A stretch of 64,000 nucleotides of DNA from Terracidiphilus sp. (GCA_050012555.1 JBEKGY010000018.1:2475-66474), one strand, 5' to 3'. Shown: positions 10,087 through 20,745, counted from the first letter of the stretch. Notes: generated by a model not told the origin, from the letters alone. Numbers and translations: made by a program.

Positions 10087-11553
10087 CTACGATCCGGAAG
10101 CGACAGGCTGGGAGCCGAGAGCCGCCAACTCCTTTGCCGCCTTCCGTCCCAGCCGTATGCAGTCGGGAATCCCAATCCCGTCGTAGGCGTTGCCCGCCAG
10201 GTGCAATCCGGGCAGTTCAGCCACCCGCGCCGCAATCCGCCCCATCCGTTCCTGGTGGCCAACCGCATACTGCGCCATGGCCCGCCGCCAGCGCGAAACC
10301 TGCGTATATTCAGGCTCCGCCTGAACTCCCAGAATCTCCCTCAGCTCCCGCCGCACCTTCTCTACCAGAGCCTCGTCTGTCTCGGTCACCAGCGCCTCGT
10401 TTTTCATCCCGCCCAGAAAGGCCCTGAGAACCGCCTTGCCCGCCGGCGTCTTGCCCAAAAACTTGCGATGGGCAAACGTGCAAGCCAGCATCGCGCGCCC
10501 CTCGCTGGCCGGAACCAGAAAGCCGAATCCCTCCGGCAGCCGTCCCAGCCTGGCCTCGTCGTAGATCAGATTTACGGTAATCGAAGAAGAGTAGGGAATT
10601 GCGTTCAGTTCCTCGCCCAGCGCCGCGTCTACCTGGCCCAGCAACTCCCCCGCGGCCCACGCCGGCGAGGCCATAATCACCGCATCGTATAACTCCGTTG
10701 TCCCGCTGGCCCTCAACTTCCAGCCCCCCGGCACCGTCTCCAGCCCGATCACCGGCGTCGAACAGCGCATCCTCGCCGGATCGAGCCGCGCCGTCAGCGC
10801 ATCGATCAACTGCTGCATCCCGCCCCGCAGCGACGTAAAAGCTCCCCGCGCCGCCGGCCGCGAATTGCCGCTCCCGTCGATCTTTCCGTTGTTTCCGGCG
10901 GCCGCCTTGGCCTTTGCCCGCATCTTCCGGTGCGCCGCCAGCATCCCGCGCGTCAGCGAGCCGTACTCGCTCTCCATCTCCACCAGCCGGGGCAGCACCG
11001 TCCGCGCGCTCAGTTGCGCCGCGTCCCCGCCAAAAATCCCGCTCAGCAGCGGATCGGCCAGCCGCTCCACGGCCTCCGCCCCAAAGTGCCTCTTCACCAG
11101 AGTGGCCACGGCCTCATCCGGCAGCCCGCTCGGCCACGGAGGCAGCAGCAGCTCCAGCCCCATCCGCAATTTAGTTCTCCAGCTGAACAGCCGCGTCAGC
11201 GCCGTCGGAATGAGCTTGGTCGGCACCATGAACATCAGCCCGTCCGGCAGCGCCACCAGCCGGTTGCGCACCACAATCCAGGTCTTGCGCTCCGCGTCGT
11301 TTGAAGCCAGCAGATCGTCCCCCAGTCCCAGCTCCCGGCACAACTCGCCCCCCGCCGGTTTCTCGCTCAAAAACGAATCCGGTCCCCGCTCCAGCACCGC
11401 CCCGCCCACGATCTCCGATGCCAGGCAACCGCCCAGCCGCTCCCGCGCCTCAAATAGCGTGTACCCCACCCGTGCGCCCGCCCGTCGCGCCTTTTCCAGC
11501 TCAAAGGCAGCCGCTAGTCCCGCAATCCCGCCGCCGATAATCGCCGTCCGCAT
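10087..11553 (-). CDS. hemY: HemY-type protoporphyrinogen/coproporphyrinogen oxidase
   Basis: GGGIAGLAAA FAD motif, ERGPDSF, EGFGFLVP, GNAYDGIGIPDCI. Confidence 0.93.
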   Translation of the reverse strand: MRTAIIGGGIAGLAAAFELEKARRAGARVGYTLFEARERLGGCLASEIVGGAVLERGPDSFLSEKPAGGELCRELGLGDDLLASNDAERKTWIVVRNRLVALPDGLMFMVPTKLIPTALTRLFSWRTKLRMGLELLLPPWPSGLPDEAVATLVKRHFGAEAVERLADPLLSGIFGGDAAQLSARTVLPRLVEMESEYGSLTRGMLAAHRKMRAKAKAAAGNNGKIDGSGNSRPAARGAFTSLRGGMQQLIDALTARLDPARMRCSTPVIGLETVPGGWKLRASGTTELYDAVIMASPAWAAGELLGQVDAALGEELNAIPYSSSITVNLIYDEARLGRLPEGFGFLVPASEGRAMLACTFAHRKFLGKTPAGKAVLRAFLGGMKNEALVTETDEALVEKVRRELREILGVQAEPEYTQVSRWRRAMAQYAVGHQERMGRIAARVAELPGLHLAGNAYDGIGIPDCIRLGRKAAKELAALGSQPVASGS

Positions 11554-11698
11554 CCTTTTGCCTCACCCATCATTAAAGCAGTTCCCGCGCCGCGCATGCG
11601 CCTCTGACGGAAACTTTTAAATTCACTAAGAATACCCCTGGCAGAATTAGACTAACAGTCCCTTCCATCTCAAAATGAGTGTGTCCGCCCGTCGCGCC

Positions 11699-11739
11699 AA
11701 AAGCGAGAGAGCCCGGGCAATTGCCCGGGCTCTCTCGCT
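11699..11739 (-). terminator. Perfect 38-bp palindrome, terminator of the repeat-protein gene
   Basis: AGCGAGAGAGCCCGGGCAA|TTGCCCGGGCTCTCTCGCT at 11702-11739, short T-run on the minus strand. Confidence 0.8.
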
Positions 11740-11765
11740 CTTGGTCTAGCGAATGGTGTTGGTGT

Positions 11766-14700
11766 TTAGTTGATGGTGTACGTCGCCGAGCTCACCGCGC
11801 TGGGCGACGAATAGCCAGGAGCTACGGCGATGGCCTTCACCGTCTCCGAGGCGGAGACAGTGATGTCCTCCAGATTTCCCACACTCTGCGGAGACATGGG
11901 CTGAGGAATGACCGGGTACTGCTTCGTTGTGCCGGTTGGAGGATACGTTGGCGTAGATCCGTCGGTGGTGTAGTAGATCGTCGCAAACGGATACGTTGTG
12001 CTGTTCAGCGTAACCGCCGTCGCCGCGCTATACGTGCCGGCCACCGGGGTGAAGGTCGGCGCAGCCACCACGGAACCGGGCACCACAATTGTGATCGGAG
12101 TGCTTACGTCTATGCCATACCCATCGCCTGCTCCGTTGTTGCCGTACTGGTTCACCGAGTACAACGTATAGGTTTGGGTTGACGTGGGGGCGACTGTCAC
12201 GCTCCCGCTGCCGGAAGTGAGACGAACGGGACCGATCATGTCGATGTAATCGTAGGAGTCGCCGGTGACGCTGTAAGTGAAGGTAACCGGGGTCCCGGAG
12301 GATATGGTCGTCGCCGACGCGGTAAAGCTATTGATCACCGGCGCGGATCCGGTAGGCGCTGTCACAGAATCCCAACCGGGGTATTCGGGAGTCATCTGGA
12401 TGACCGTGAAGTCCGACGACGGAATGCCGGCCAGATTGGCCAAATCGCTGTCGTTCCAGCGCGAATCGGTGGCGCCCTGGAGATAGAAATAGCCGCCATT
12501 GTCGGCCATGATCATCCCATACTGCTGCAGCGCGGTCAGGATGGTCTGGTTGATGGCGGAGTAGCCGGAGATGCTGAAGGTCGAATTCAACCGAACCCGC
12601 ATCCCCTCCACGGTTGGCGCGCCATAGGTAGTACCCGCGGCGTGACTGGCCGGTTCCACGAAGTACCCGCCGTTGGCGTCGTTCTTCGATTGTTGCATGG
12701 TGAAGCGGATGGCGTGCTTGATGGTCCCGGAAGCCGCTTCGTCGTATTTAACCAGACCGGCCATTACCGACAATCCTGCGGCATCCGTCGAAGTCCAGCC
12801 CCAGGGCCGCATCTCGCCGTTGGCCATGTCCCAGATCGTCTCTTCCGAGGCATCGTACAACCCGTTGCAGCGATTCGTGTTGTACGTCTCATAGTCCCAG
12901 CACGTGTTGCGGTCAAGCACGTTCGTATGAGAATCGCTCTGGTAAGTATCCGGCCAGCCCGAGCAGTCGGCCGCGGCGCCTTCGATGGGAACGTTGGAAG
13001 GATAGGGCGCCACAACATTATCGCTCTGATTGGCGTAGTCGATCACATTGATGGGCACCGAGGGGGTCTGAGAAGAGTCAACGATCATGAACGGAATGCC
13101 GCCGTCGCTGGGTGAAGACCCGAAGTTGATATGCGTGGACTCCCCGGAATATCCGGCCGTACCCTGAATGGTCGCATTGTTCGGGTCAACGGCAGCGTTA
13201 TAGATGTTGGTGTTCCATAGCGTGGTTATGCCAGTCGCGTTTTGGAACGGAAGGAATCCATTCAGATCCGCGGTGCCGGCTACGGATGTGCCAAGCGACA
13301 TGCCGTCGCAGGCTCCGGACGTCGTGTTGATGGTGTATACCGCCGTTGCCACACCGCTCTGGTTATAGCCGCTCGCCGTGGCGATGGCTTCCAGCGTCTC
13401 CGTGGCGGAGACAGTAATCGCACTGGTGTACTTGGACGAGCTGGTCGTCGGCGTGGATCCATTGGTGGTGTAGTAGATGGTGGCGCCTGAGGTCCCGTCG
13501 CTGAGGGTCACCGTCTGCGCCGCGTCATAGGTCCCAGCTCCTGGACTGAAGACCGGCGCGGCTGCCTCTCCATTACCAATGGTGTAAGATGCCACACCCA
13601 CGGGGCTCAGCGAATAGCCGGGAGCTATGGCGATGGCCTCCAGCGTCTCCCATACCGACACTGAGATGGGCGAGCTATAGACGGTCGAGGCGGTTGTCGG
13701 CGTGTATCCGTTGGTGGTGTAGTAGATGGTCGAGCCCGAGGTCCCGTCGCTGATGGTTACCGTCTGCGCCGAGGAATACGAACCGGCCGCCGGACTGAAG
13801 GTTGGCGTGGCTGCCGGCGGGGTGATGGTATAAACCGCCGAAGCCACCGCGCTGTTGGCAAAGCCGCTGGATACTGCGATGGCCTGCAGCGTCTGCGTGA
13901 CGGAGACCGTGATCGGGCTGGAATACAGCGTCGAGCTGGTCGTCGGCGTAGTTCCGTTGGTGGTGTAGTAGATGCTCTCGCCGGCGGTCCAATCGCTGAT
14001 GGTCACCGTCTGCGCATAGATATAGGTGCCGGCCGCCGGGCTGAAGGTTGGCGTGGATACCGTCGGCGTCCCCGTCGTCTTCAGAGCCACGATTACGTTG
14101 ACATAGGTGTCATCAAGGCTTGCCGTGGCCGTCGCCGTCTGAACTCCCGTCGCGATCACGACCTTGTCCTCGGAGAAGCCGCTGTCGCCGCTGGACTCCC
14201 CGGTCATTTCGGTATCTCCCAACCCCGGCCCTGCCGTATAAGTTGATTGGTTTGCGTTGTCACTGAAGTAAGCGAGAACGTAATCGTCGGCATTCGAGGT
14301 AGACGCGGAGGTTGACACGCTCAGTGACGTGTTGGTCAGGCTTGAAGATCCCGATTGATCCATCGTTGTCGTAATTCCCTGCACCTCGTAGATGTGGCAG
14401 TGGATGTTGTTCGAGGAGCTTATGTTGCAGGTCACGGTATCGGCTCCCGAGCTGTTGGAGGTGGCAGCGTAAATAGCGGCCACCGAGGCTCCGGAAGTGC
14501 CCAAGGTCACGAGCTGAGTATAGCTATTGCTCAGCGAGTCCGTAGGCGTATCAAGCGACACACCGTCGTATGTACTCACGGCCACCAGTAGAACGTTTCC
14601 TGCCGTGACGTTGCTGTTAAAAGGAACCGCAAGCGAGGTGGCGGTTGGGTTGTCTCCGCTATTGTGTTGAACCGTCAAGATCGGCGTGCTCGAAGAGCTG

Positions 14701-15788
14701 ATGGTGTAAACCGCCGAGCCCACCGCGCTCTGCAAATATCCGCTTGCCGTGGCGATGGCCTCCAACGTCTCCGAGGAGGAGACATTGATCGGGCTGGAGT
14801 AGACCGCTGAACTGGTCGTCGGCGTGGTGCCGTTGGTGGTGTAGTAGATCGTCGCTCCGGAGGTCGAATCGCTGATGGTTACGCTCTGCGCGGAGGAATA
14901 GTTGCCGCCTGCCGGACTGAAAGTCGGCGTGGCTGCCTGCGCACCAATGGTATACGCCGCCGAACCCACCGCGCTGTTCGTATCTCCGCTGTGTGTTCCG
15001 AGGGCCTTCAGCGTCTGGCTAACCGACACCGTGACCGGTGAGGTGTAGTGGGTCGAGGCGGTCGTTGGCGTACTTCCATTGGTGGTGTAGTAGATATTCG
15101 CACCCGAGGTAGTATCGCTGATGGTCACCGTCTGCGACGAGGAATACGTGCCGGCTCCCGGGCTGAAGGTCGGCGTGGCTACATCGATGGTGTACTTCGC
15201 CGAGCCCACCGCGCTGTTCGTTTTGCCGCTGTGTGTGGCCAGGGCCTTGAGCGACTGGCTTACAGACACCGTGACCGGTGAGCTATAGAGGGTCGAGGCG
15301 GTCGTCGGCGTATTTCCATTGGTGGTGTAGTAGATCGACGCGCCCGAGGTGGTATCGCTGATGGTCACCGTCTGCGTTGCGGTGTACGTACCGGCTCCGG
15401 GGCTGAAGGTCGGTGTGGCAACTTGGATGGTGTATTTCGCCGAGCCCACCGCGCTGTTCGTATCGCCGCTGTGCGTGCCGAGGGCCTTCAGCGTCTGGCT
15501 AACCGACACCGAGACTGGTGAGCTATAGAGGGTCGAGGCGGTCGTCGGCGTACTTCCATTGGTGGTGTAGTAGATCGAGGCGCCCGAGGTCGTGTCCGAG
15601 ATGGTCACCGTCTGCGTCGAGGTATACGTTCCGGCCCCGGGGCTGAAGGTCGGAGTAGCCACCGTTGTGGCCCAGGCCGTCGTGCCGCTCGCACAGAATG
15701 CCAGGCAGAGGATAAGGCTGAACATGCTCAGCGCATTCGAGTGAAGACGAGACATCACCCAACCGGAAAGGGATCGACTAGTTAACAT
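11766..15788 (-). CDS. Large secreted protein with eight chitobiase/beta-hexosaminidase C-terminal (Fn3-associated) repeats and two non-repeat domains
   Basis: Signal peptide; eight units of PxFSPxxGxY...IYYTT(N/D)GxTPT...SAxYTI type. Confidence 0.88.
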   Translation of the reverse strand: MLTSRSLSGWVMSRLHSNALSMFSLILCLAFCASGTTAWATTVATPTFSPGAGTYTSTQTVTISDTTSGASIYYTTNGSTPTTASTLYSSPVSVSVSQTLKALGTHSGDTNSAVGSAKYTIQVATPTFSPGAGTYTATQTVTISDTTSGASIYYTTNGNTPTTASTLYSSPVTVSVSQSLKALATHSGKTNSAVGSAKYTIDVATPTFSPGAGTYSSSQTVTISDTTSGANIYYTTNGSTPTTASTHYTSPVTVSVSQTLKALGTHSGDTNSAVGSAAYTIGAQAATPTFSPAGGNYSSAQSVTISDSTSGATIYYTTNGTTPTTSSAVYSSPINVSSSETLEAIATASGYLQSAVGSAVYTISSSSTPILTVQHNSGDNPTATSLAVPFNSNVTAGNVLLVAVSTYDGVSLDTPTDSLSNSYTQLVTLGTSGASVAAIYAATSNSSGADTVTCNISSSNNIHCHIYEVQGITTTMDQSGSSSLTNTSLSVSTSASTSNADDYVLAYFSDNANQSTYTAGPGLGDTEMTGESSGDSGFSEDKVVIATGVQTATATASLDDTYVNVIVALKTTGTPTVSTPTFSPAAGTYIYAQTVTISDWTAGESIYYTTNGTTPTTSSTLYSSPITVSVTQTLQAIAVSSGFANSAVASAVYTITPPAATPTFSPAAGSYSSAQTVTISDGTSGSTIYYTTNGYTPTTASTVYSSPISVSVWETLEAIAIAPGYSLSPVGVASYTIGNGEAAAPVFSPGAGTYDAAQTVTLSDGTSGATIYYTTNGSTPTTSSSKYTSAITVSATETLEAIATASGYNQSGVATAVYTINTTSGACDGMSLGTSVAGTADLNGFLPFQNATGITTLWNTNIYNAAVDPNNATIQGTAGYSGESTHINFGSSPSDGGIPFMIVDSSQTPSVPINVIDYANQSDNVVAPYPSNVPIEGAAADCSGWPDTYQSDSHTNVLDRNTCWDYETYNTNRCNGLYDASEETIWDMANGEMRPWGWTSTDAAGLSVMAGLVKYDEAASGTIKHAIRFTMQQSKNDANGGYFVEPASHAAGTTYGAPTVEGMRVRLNSTFSISGYSAINQTILTALQQYGMIMADNGGYFYLQGATDSRWNDSDLANLAGIPSSDFTVIQMTPEYPGWDSVTAPTGSAPVINSFTASATTISSGTPVTFTYSVTGDSYDYIDMIGPVRLTSGSGSVTVAPTSTQTYTLYSVNQYGNNGAGDGYGIDVSTPITIVVPGSVVAAPTFTPVAGTYSAATAVTLNSTTYPFATIYYTTDGSTPTYPPTGTTKQYPVIPQPMSPQSVGNLEDITVSASETVKAIAVAPGYSSPSAVSSATYTIN
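14944..15663 (-). repeat. Three near-identical 240-bp tandem units within the repeat protein
   Basis: Lines at 15121, 15361 and 15601 start with the same ATGGTCACCGTCTGCG, giving a 240-bp period. Confidence 0.9.
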
Positions 15789-16177
15789 TTCATTCTCCTT
15801 TTTGACCCCGGCGCTCTAGGCCGTCGGAAAGTCACCCAAAATTTATCGTGGGAGGAACAATAACGCCCTTTTGAAACCTTAGGCAAGTATTTTTGTTTGG
15901 CAGTAGCTAAACCTTAGTTCTAGGACTTTAGTAACGTCCGGTCAAATGATTGAATAAACGAGTGTATTAAGTGAGTTGGGATAGTCGGCGACGGCCGGCA
16001 AGAGAATATTCGGCTTGATTGGCTGTCGGTTATTCATACGCATCTTGAGCTGGGAAACTGCCTCCGCCCGTCCGCTGGCTCCCTGAGCTATCGGCCGGCC
16101 CAATATATACATAATTTATGTACAGAATCCCACCCAGCCCCCACCCCGCGACCCGGTAAGCTGCTGGAAGCTTGAAG

Positions 16178-17383
16178 CTAGTTTTCCGCGAAGGCCCTCG
16201 CCTCGTTTTCCAATTGCGGATCCCAGTTCCTAGGCTGATAGATGCAGCACGGCTCCTGCGCCAGCGGATCGCCGGTCACGGCGTAGGCCCGCGCCCGCGA
16301 ACCCCCGCAGATCTCCTTGTACTCGCACGCCCCGCACTTGCCTTCCAGCTTGCTCGTGTCCCGTAGCGATTTGAAAATAGGCGCGTTGCGATAGATTTCC
16401 TGGAGCGGCGTCTCTTTCACATTGCCGGCGTGGATGGGCAGGAACCCGCTCGGATACACATTGCCCACATGCGAGATAAACAGGAAGCCCTTGCCGTCGT
16501 TCACCCGCCGCGTAGCCCAGCTCGCGGTGCGCGTCCTGGCGTCGCTGGTCGGCGCGCCGGCCTCGTAACCATTTGCATTACCATCACTTGCGCTATGCGG
16601 ATGCCCGTGGGCGCTTCCGTGGCCCAGGTGCCGCTCCTCCAGATTGTGCTGCAAGAGGTAGCGCCGGTAGTGCATCGCCTCCGTGGTCTTGATCTGGAAG
16701 CTCACCCGGTGGCTCAGCTCGTAGATCTTGCCGAAGACCTGCTCGAACTCCTCGCCCGAGAGCAGGTCGGCAAGCTGCCCGCGCCCCACCGGAACCAGGA
16801 AAAACACGTTCCACATGACGATGGCCAGCTTCTCGAAGAGAGCGCATAAGTTGTCCAGATCATGCGCGTTATGCCTGCTGATGGTGGTGTGTACCTGGAT
16901 TGGAATGCCCGCTTCGTTAGCCCACTCGATGGCCTGGATGGTCCGCGCCCAGGCGCCGGGAAGGCCCCGGAAGGCGTCGTGAATCTCAGGCGTCGAGCCG
17001 TCCAGCGAGATGCCCAGCCGCACCAGGCCCGCCTCTTTTAACTTAAAAATCGCTTCGCGAGTCAGCAGAGGCGTGGCGCTCGGCGTAAGCGCCACCATCA
17101 CGCCCTGGCCCGCGGCGTAGCGGATCAGCTCGAATACGTCCTTTCGTTTCAACGGGTCGCCGCCGGTAAAGACAAAAATCGGCACGTGCATCGCGGCAAT
17201 CTGGTCGATCAGCGCCTTGCCCTCGGACGTGCTCAGCTCATCCGGGTGGGCGATGGGCTGGGCAGCGGCGCGGCAGTGTTTGCAGGCCAGATCACACGAT
17301 TGTGTGCACTCCCAGATCGCCAAAAATGGCGTTTCGTCGAAGTTCAAGCCCCCGCGTACGGGAATGTTGTGCATCGGTTTCAT
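16178..17383 (-). CDS. Radical SAM/SPASM protein, AhbD/NirJ-like (TIGR04053-type)
   Basis: CDLACKHC motif, FTGGDP, GKCGACEYKEICGGSRARAYA...C SPASM region; GGAGG upstream. Confidence 0.88.
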   Translation of the reverse strand: MKPMHNIPVRGGLNFDETPFLAIWECTQSCDLACKHCRAAAQPIAHPDELSTSEGKALIDQIAAMHVPIFVFTGGDPLKRKDVFELIRYAAGQGVMVALTPSATPLLTREAIFKLKEAGLVRLGISLDGSTPEIHDAFRGLPGAWARTIQAIEWANEAGIPIQVHTTISRHNAHDLDNLCALFEKLAIVMWNVFFLVPVGRGQLADLLSGEEFEQVFGKIYELSHRVSFQIKTTEAMHYRRYLLQHNLEERHLGHGSAHGHPHSASDGNANGYEAGAPTSDARTRTASWATRRVNDGKGFLFISHVGNVYPSGFLPIHAGNVKETPLQEIYRNAPIFKSLRDTSKLEGKCGACEYKEICGGSRARAYAVTGDPLAQEPCCIYQPRNWDPQLENEARAFAEN

Positions 17384-17620
17384 GACCCCTCCAGCAGAAT
17401 CGCTCCAAAAACGTTTTGGATCGGCCCGAAGATGCAGGACCTGCGCTGGGGATCAAGCGATTTTTCCAATCATTCAAGAAAACTAAGACACTGCCGATAA
17501 GATTTACCTCCCGTGGGAGGAGACCATCTTGCAAGGTTCAGGCAGGGCCCCGTGAATTGGCTAACCGCTCAGGAGCGCCACGATTCCGCTCCAGAAGAGC
17601 AGTCACGGCACCGGGCAGGC

Positions 17621-17636
17621 TGTGATTGGGATCACA
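17621..17636. promoter_or_regulatory. Perfect CRP-type box
   Basis: TGTGA-ttggga-TCACA between the divergent radical SAM and USP genes. Confidence 0.7.
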
Positions 17637-17794
17637 TTATCTTGCTCAATCGACAGACTCCGACTTTGCCCGCTGGACAAGTCTACGCAAGAGAGCGCAA
17701 TTCTAACTCCGGTGAACGATGAAGCTGAAGCCGTCGTTTTTATGGGCAGACCCGGATTGCCGGAGCGCTGAAAGCCGGTGATTCTTCCTTGCGA

Positions 17795-17810
17795 AGTGAG
17801 TTAAATCACC
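17795..17810. promoter_or_regulatory. CRP-type box upstream of USP
   Basis: AGTGA-gttaaa-TCACC (8/10 match). Confidence 0.5.
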
Positions 17811-17884
17811 TTCCCATGTGCCGCCCGGCACCGCATCCGCATGCCGAGTCTGCCAAAATGTTGCCGCGTTTCCAGGAGGTTCCC

Positions 17885-18844
17885 ATGGCAGCCATAATCA
17901 AGCCTGGTTGGAGCAAACCCTCCACCATCCTCTTTGCCTCCGAGATTCCCGCCAATGAGAAGGCCTTCGCCTTTGCTCTTGCGCAAGCCGTCGAGTTTGG
18001 CGCCGATCTCATCCTCTTTCACGCCTATGACACTCTGGTAGTGACCGCATCGGAGACTTCGGGTATTCGCTATTACGACTATGCCGCTGCTGCCCACGCC
18101 GAAAAAGAGCTACTTGAGCCTCTGGCCCAGCGCGTTCGGGACGCCGGTGTTTCATGCGAACTGGTCGTACGCCCGGGATTGGCCGCCGACCAGATCCTCG
18201 CCTGCCTGCGCGAGCGGGAGATCGACCGCATCGTCATGGGCACCCACTCTCCCGGCCCCATCGGCAAGCTGCTGGTGGGTTCGGTGGCCGAGGCCGTGCT
18301 GCGCACCGCAAATGTGCCGGTCTGCATCGTGGGCCCCGAGGTGGTCGACGGCGCCTACCGCAAGTATGCCACCAGCACCATTCTGTGCGCAGTAAGCCTC
18401 CAGGAGGCCAGCCATATGGTAGCCGGCTTTGCCGCGGAACTGGCCGCCCAGCACAACGCGCGCCTGATCCTGCAGCATGTGATCCGGCCCCAGGAGCGCG
18501 CAGAGGTCCTCGCCAGCTACACCCTCGACCAGCTTGAGGCCGACCTGTTGGCCCTGATTCCGCCCGGGTTGCAGCGCAAGATCGCCGTGCAAACCATCGT
18601 GGTGCCCGGCGATCCGACGGAGGAACTGCTCTACCAGTGCAGAGCCCAGCTGGCCGACCTCATCGTGCTGGGAGCGCACGGCGCATCGGCCTTCGCCGCC
18701 ATCACCCGCCACGGCGTGGTGTACAAGGTGCTGGCCCACGCACACTGCCCGGTCATTACGCTCTCGCCCGCCGTGCTGGCGGAGTGCGGCGTGAAGGAAG
18801 AAAAGCACAGTTCGGTTGAGGCCTATATGGCCGGCGTCTTCTAG
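17885..18844 (+). CDS. Tandem-domain universal stress protein
   Basis: AGGAGG before ATG 17885; IVMGTH...LVGSVAEAVLR and LIVLGAHG...AHCPV. Confidence 0.9.
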   Translation: MAAIIKPGWSKPSTILFASEIPANEKAFAFALAQAVEFGADLILFHAYDTLVVTASETSGIRYYDYAAAAHAEKELLEPLAQRVRDAGVSCELVVRPGLAADQILACLREREIDRIVMGTHSPGPIGKLLVGSVAEAVLRTANVPVCIVGPEVVDGAYRKYATSTILCAVSLQEASHMVAGFAAELAAQHNARLILQHVIRPQERAEVLASYTLDQLEADLLALIPPGLQRKIAVQTIVVPGDPTEELLYQCRAQLADLIVLGAHGASAFAAITRHGVVYKVLAHAHCPVITLSPAVLAECGVKEEKHSSVEAYMAGVF

Positions 18845-18864
18845 AATCGCAATCCGGTGCAGGA

Positions 18865-19914
18865 GTGGAATCTCCCATCCTGCCCGGGTATACTATCGCC
18901 AAGGCGGCTCACATTCAGTTGCGCTTCCTCCTAGTGAGGTGTGTCTTCCTCAGGGACAATGGCTTACTGACGATCGACGTTCCACCATCGCAGACTTCCC
19001 GGTGGCGCGCAGTGGCCCGCGTGCTTCGAAGTCCCATGGATGCCTTGGGTTGCACACTCCTTCCTGCATTCTGTGCCCTCTGCGGCTCCCCTCTGCCGCA
19101 GCTTTCCTCCGTGCCAATTTGCGATGCTTGCTGGACAGAGTTTCCTGTCCAGAGCGGTCCTCTGTGCGCGTGCTGCGGCGACGCCCTTGGCGCGCCGCTG
19201 CTGGCCTCGGACCCACCCACCGCTGCATTTTGCAGATCCTGCCGTCTGGCGCCTCCGCCCTTTGTGCGGGCTGTGGCTTTTGGGCCTTACCAGGACCGCA
19301 TGAGGGCGGCCATTCACGCGCTCAAGTATGACCGGCTGCGTCCGGCCGCCCGCGGGCTGGGCCGGATGCTGGCTGAGGCCATCTCCCAACTGGCTGCCGA
19401 GGCGCCGGCCGAGATGCTGGTAGTCCCCGTGCCGCTGCACCGGTCGAAGTACGCCCAGCGGGGCTTCAATCAGGCCCGGTCGCTGGCGGCCTATGCGCTC
19501 GGATTCTTGCGCAGGTCCCACCCCGAGTGGCGGCTCACGCTGGCCTCCAGCATGCTCATGCGCCTGCGCGCCACCGAGAGCCAGGCCGGCCTTACTTTCC
19601 GCCAGCGGCGCTTGAATGTGCGCGGCGCCTTCACGGTCTCCGATCCGGCTGCTGTCAACATGAAACACATTCTGGTGATCGACGACATTTTCACCACCGG
19701 CGCAACAGCCCGCGCTGCCGCACAGGCGCTGATTCGGGCCGGTGCGGCCTCAGTGTGGGTGGCCACGCTGGCCAGAGCACGCAACATCAACCAATTCCGC
19801 CGCGGTTACTTCATCGGCGGCGCAGAGGACAACACAGGCCTGCCCGGCAAGCCGCCGGACGCAGACCTCGAACCGGCAAGCTTCTATTCATCGCAAGACC
19901 AACCATCTTTTTGA
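18865..19914 (+). CDS. comF: ComF-family double zinc ribbon/phosphoribosyltransferase (start uncertain)
   Basis: Four CxxC pairs, [25 protein letters not shown]. Confidence 0.88.
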   Translation: MESPILPGYTIAKAAHIQLRFLLVRCVFLRDNGLLTIDVPPSQTSRWRAVARVLRSPMDALGCTLLPAFCALCGSPLPQLSSVPICDACWTEFPVQSGPLCACCGDALGAPLLASDPPTAAFCRSCRLAPPPFVRAVAFGPYQDRMRAAIHALKYDRLRPAARGLGRMLAEAISQLAAEAPAEMLVVPVPLHRSKYAQRGFNQARSLAAYALGFLRRSHPEWRLTLASSMLMRLRATESQAGLTFRQRRLNVRGAFTVSDPAAVNMKHILVIDDIFTTGATARAAAQALIRAGAASVWVATLARARNINQFRRGYFIGGAEDNTGLPGKPPDADLEPASFYSSQDQPSF

Positions 19915-19928
19915 CGAGGGGAAAAGAG

Positions 19929-20543
19929 ATGTCGCTGGGAAAAGCCATGATTCATGCCCGCAAGCAGAAGTCCATCGCCAAGGCCGCGGCGTATAGCGGG
20001 GACTATGCGGCTGTGCAGCCCAGCCACATGCTGCAGATGCCCGTTCTGGTGCTCAACGCCTCTTATGAGCCCATCAATATTTGCGGCGCGCGCCGCGCCC
20101 TGGTGCTGGTGCTCAAGGGCATCGCGCGCACTGAGGAGGAGCACGGCCTCATCCTTCATGCCCAGCGCGCCCGCATCGCCATGCCCTCGGTCATCCGCCT
20201 GCTGGAGTACCGCCGCATCCCCTACCAGACCCGCGCCCTCTCGCGCAAAAACATCCTGCTGCGCGACCGCAACACCTGCCAGTACTGCGGCGAGGCGATG
20301 CCCTCCAGCGACCTAACGCTGGACCACGTCGTTCCCCGCTCCCGCGGCGGCAACTCCACCTGGGAAAACCTGGTGGCCTGCTGCCACGACTGCAACCGCC
20401 ACAAAGGCAATCGCATGCTGCACGAGATCGACGACATGATTCTGTTGCGCGATCCGCGTCCCTTCTCGCTGCACACCAGCCGCCAGATCATGCGCATGCT
20501 GGGCCGCGCCGACGACCGTTGGCGGAAGTACTTGTTCTATTGA
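19929..20543 (+). CDS. HNH endonuclease
   Basis: [32 protein letters not shown]...[16 protein letters not shown]; start set at MSLGK. Confidence 0.9.
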   Translation: MSLGKAMIHARKQKSIAKAAAYSGDYAAVQPSHMLQMPVLVLNASYEPINICGARRALVLVLKGIARTEEEHGLILHAQRARIAMPSVIRLLEYRRIPYQTRALSRKNILLRDRNTCQYCGEAMPSSDLTLDHVVPRSRGGNSTWENLVACCHDCNRHKGNRMLHEIDDMILLRDPRPFSLHTSRQIMRMLGRADDRWRKYLFY

Positions 20544-20550
20544 AAGACAG

Positions 20551-20673
20551 CTAATCAATATTTTTCGGCTGCGCATCCGGCTGCGTTGCGGGCGGCGTAA
20601 TGTTCTGCCCTTCATAGATGAGTTTGGCCGTTGAACCGAACTGCTTGTAGTCGGAGTACTTGACCGTGTTGCG
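20551..20673 (-). pseudogene. Orphan 3' gene fragment without a start codon
   Basis: Minus frame RNTVKYSDYKQFGSTAKLIYEGQNITPPATQPDAQPKNID*, largely host-like codons; upstream in-frame TAG at 20692-20694. Confidence 0.5.
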
Positions 20674-20745
20674 ATCAAGGCGAACGCGCAGCTATTGCAC
20701 ACACGGAACGGCGGAAGGAGTGCACAATCCGTAGAATGGCCATAG

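Noticed and set aside
11702-11739. Perfect 38-bp palindrome as a mobile-element end or recombination site
   Set aside because: Position just after a stop codon with a T-run fits a terminator; no second copy seen
16108-16122. Palindrome TACATAA-T-TTATGTA
   Set aside because: Single short AT-rich palindrome with no second copy or assignable regulator
19929-20543. HNH as a defence system or mobile element
   Set aside because: Looks like the common stand-alone [13 protein letters not shown] family, with host-like codon usage and no methylase, ATPase or repeats
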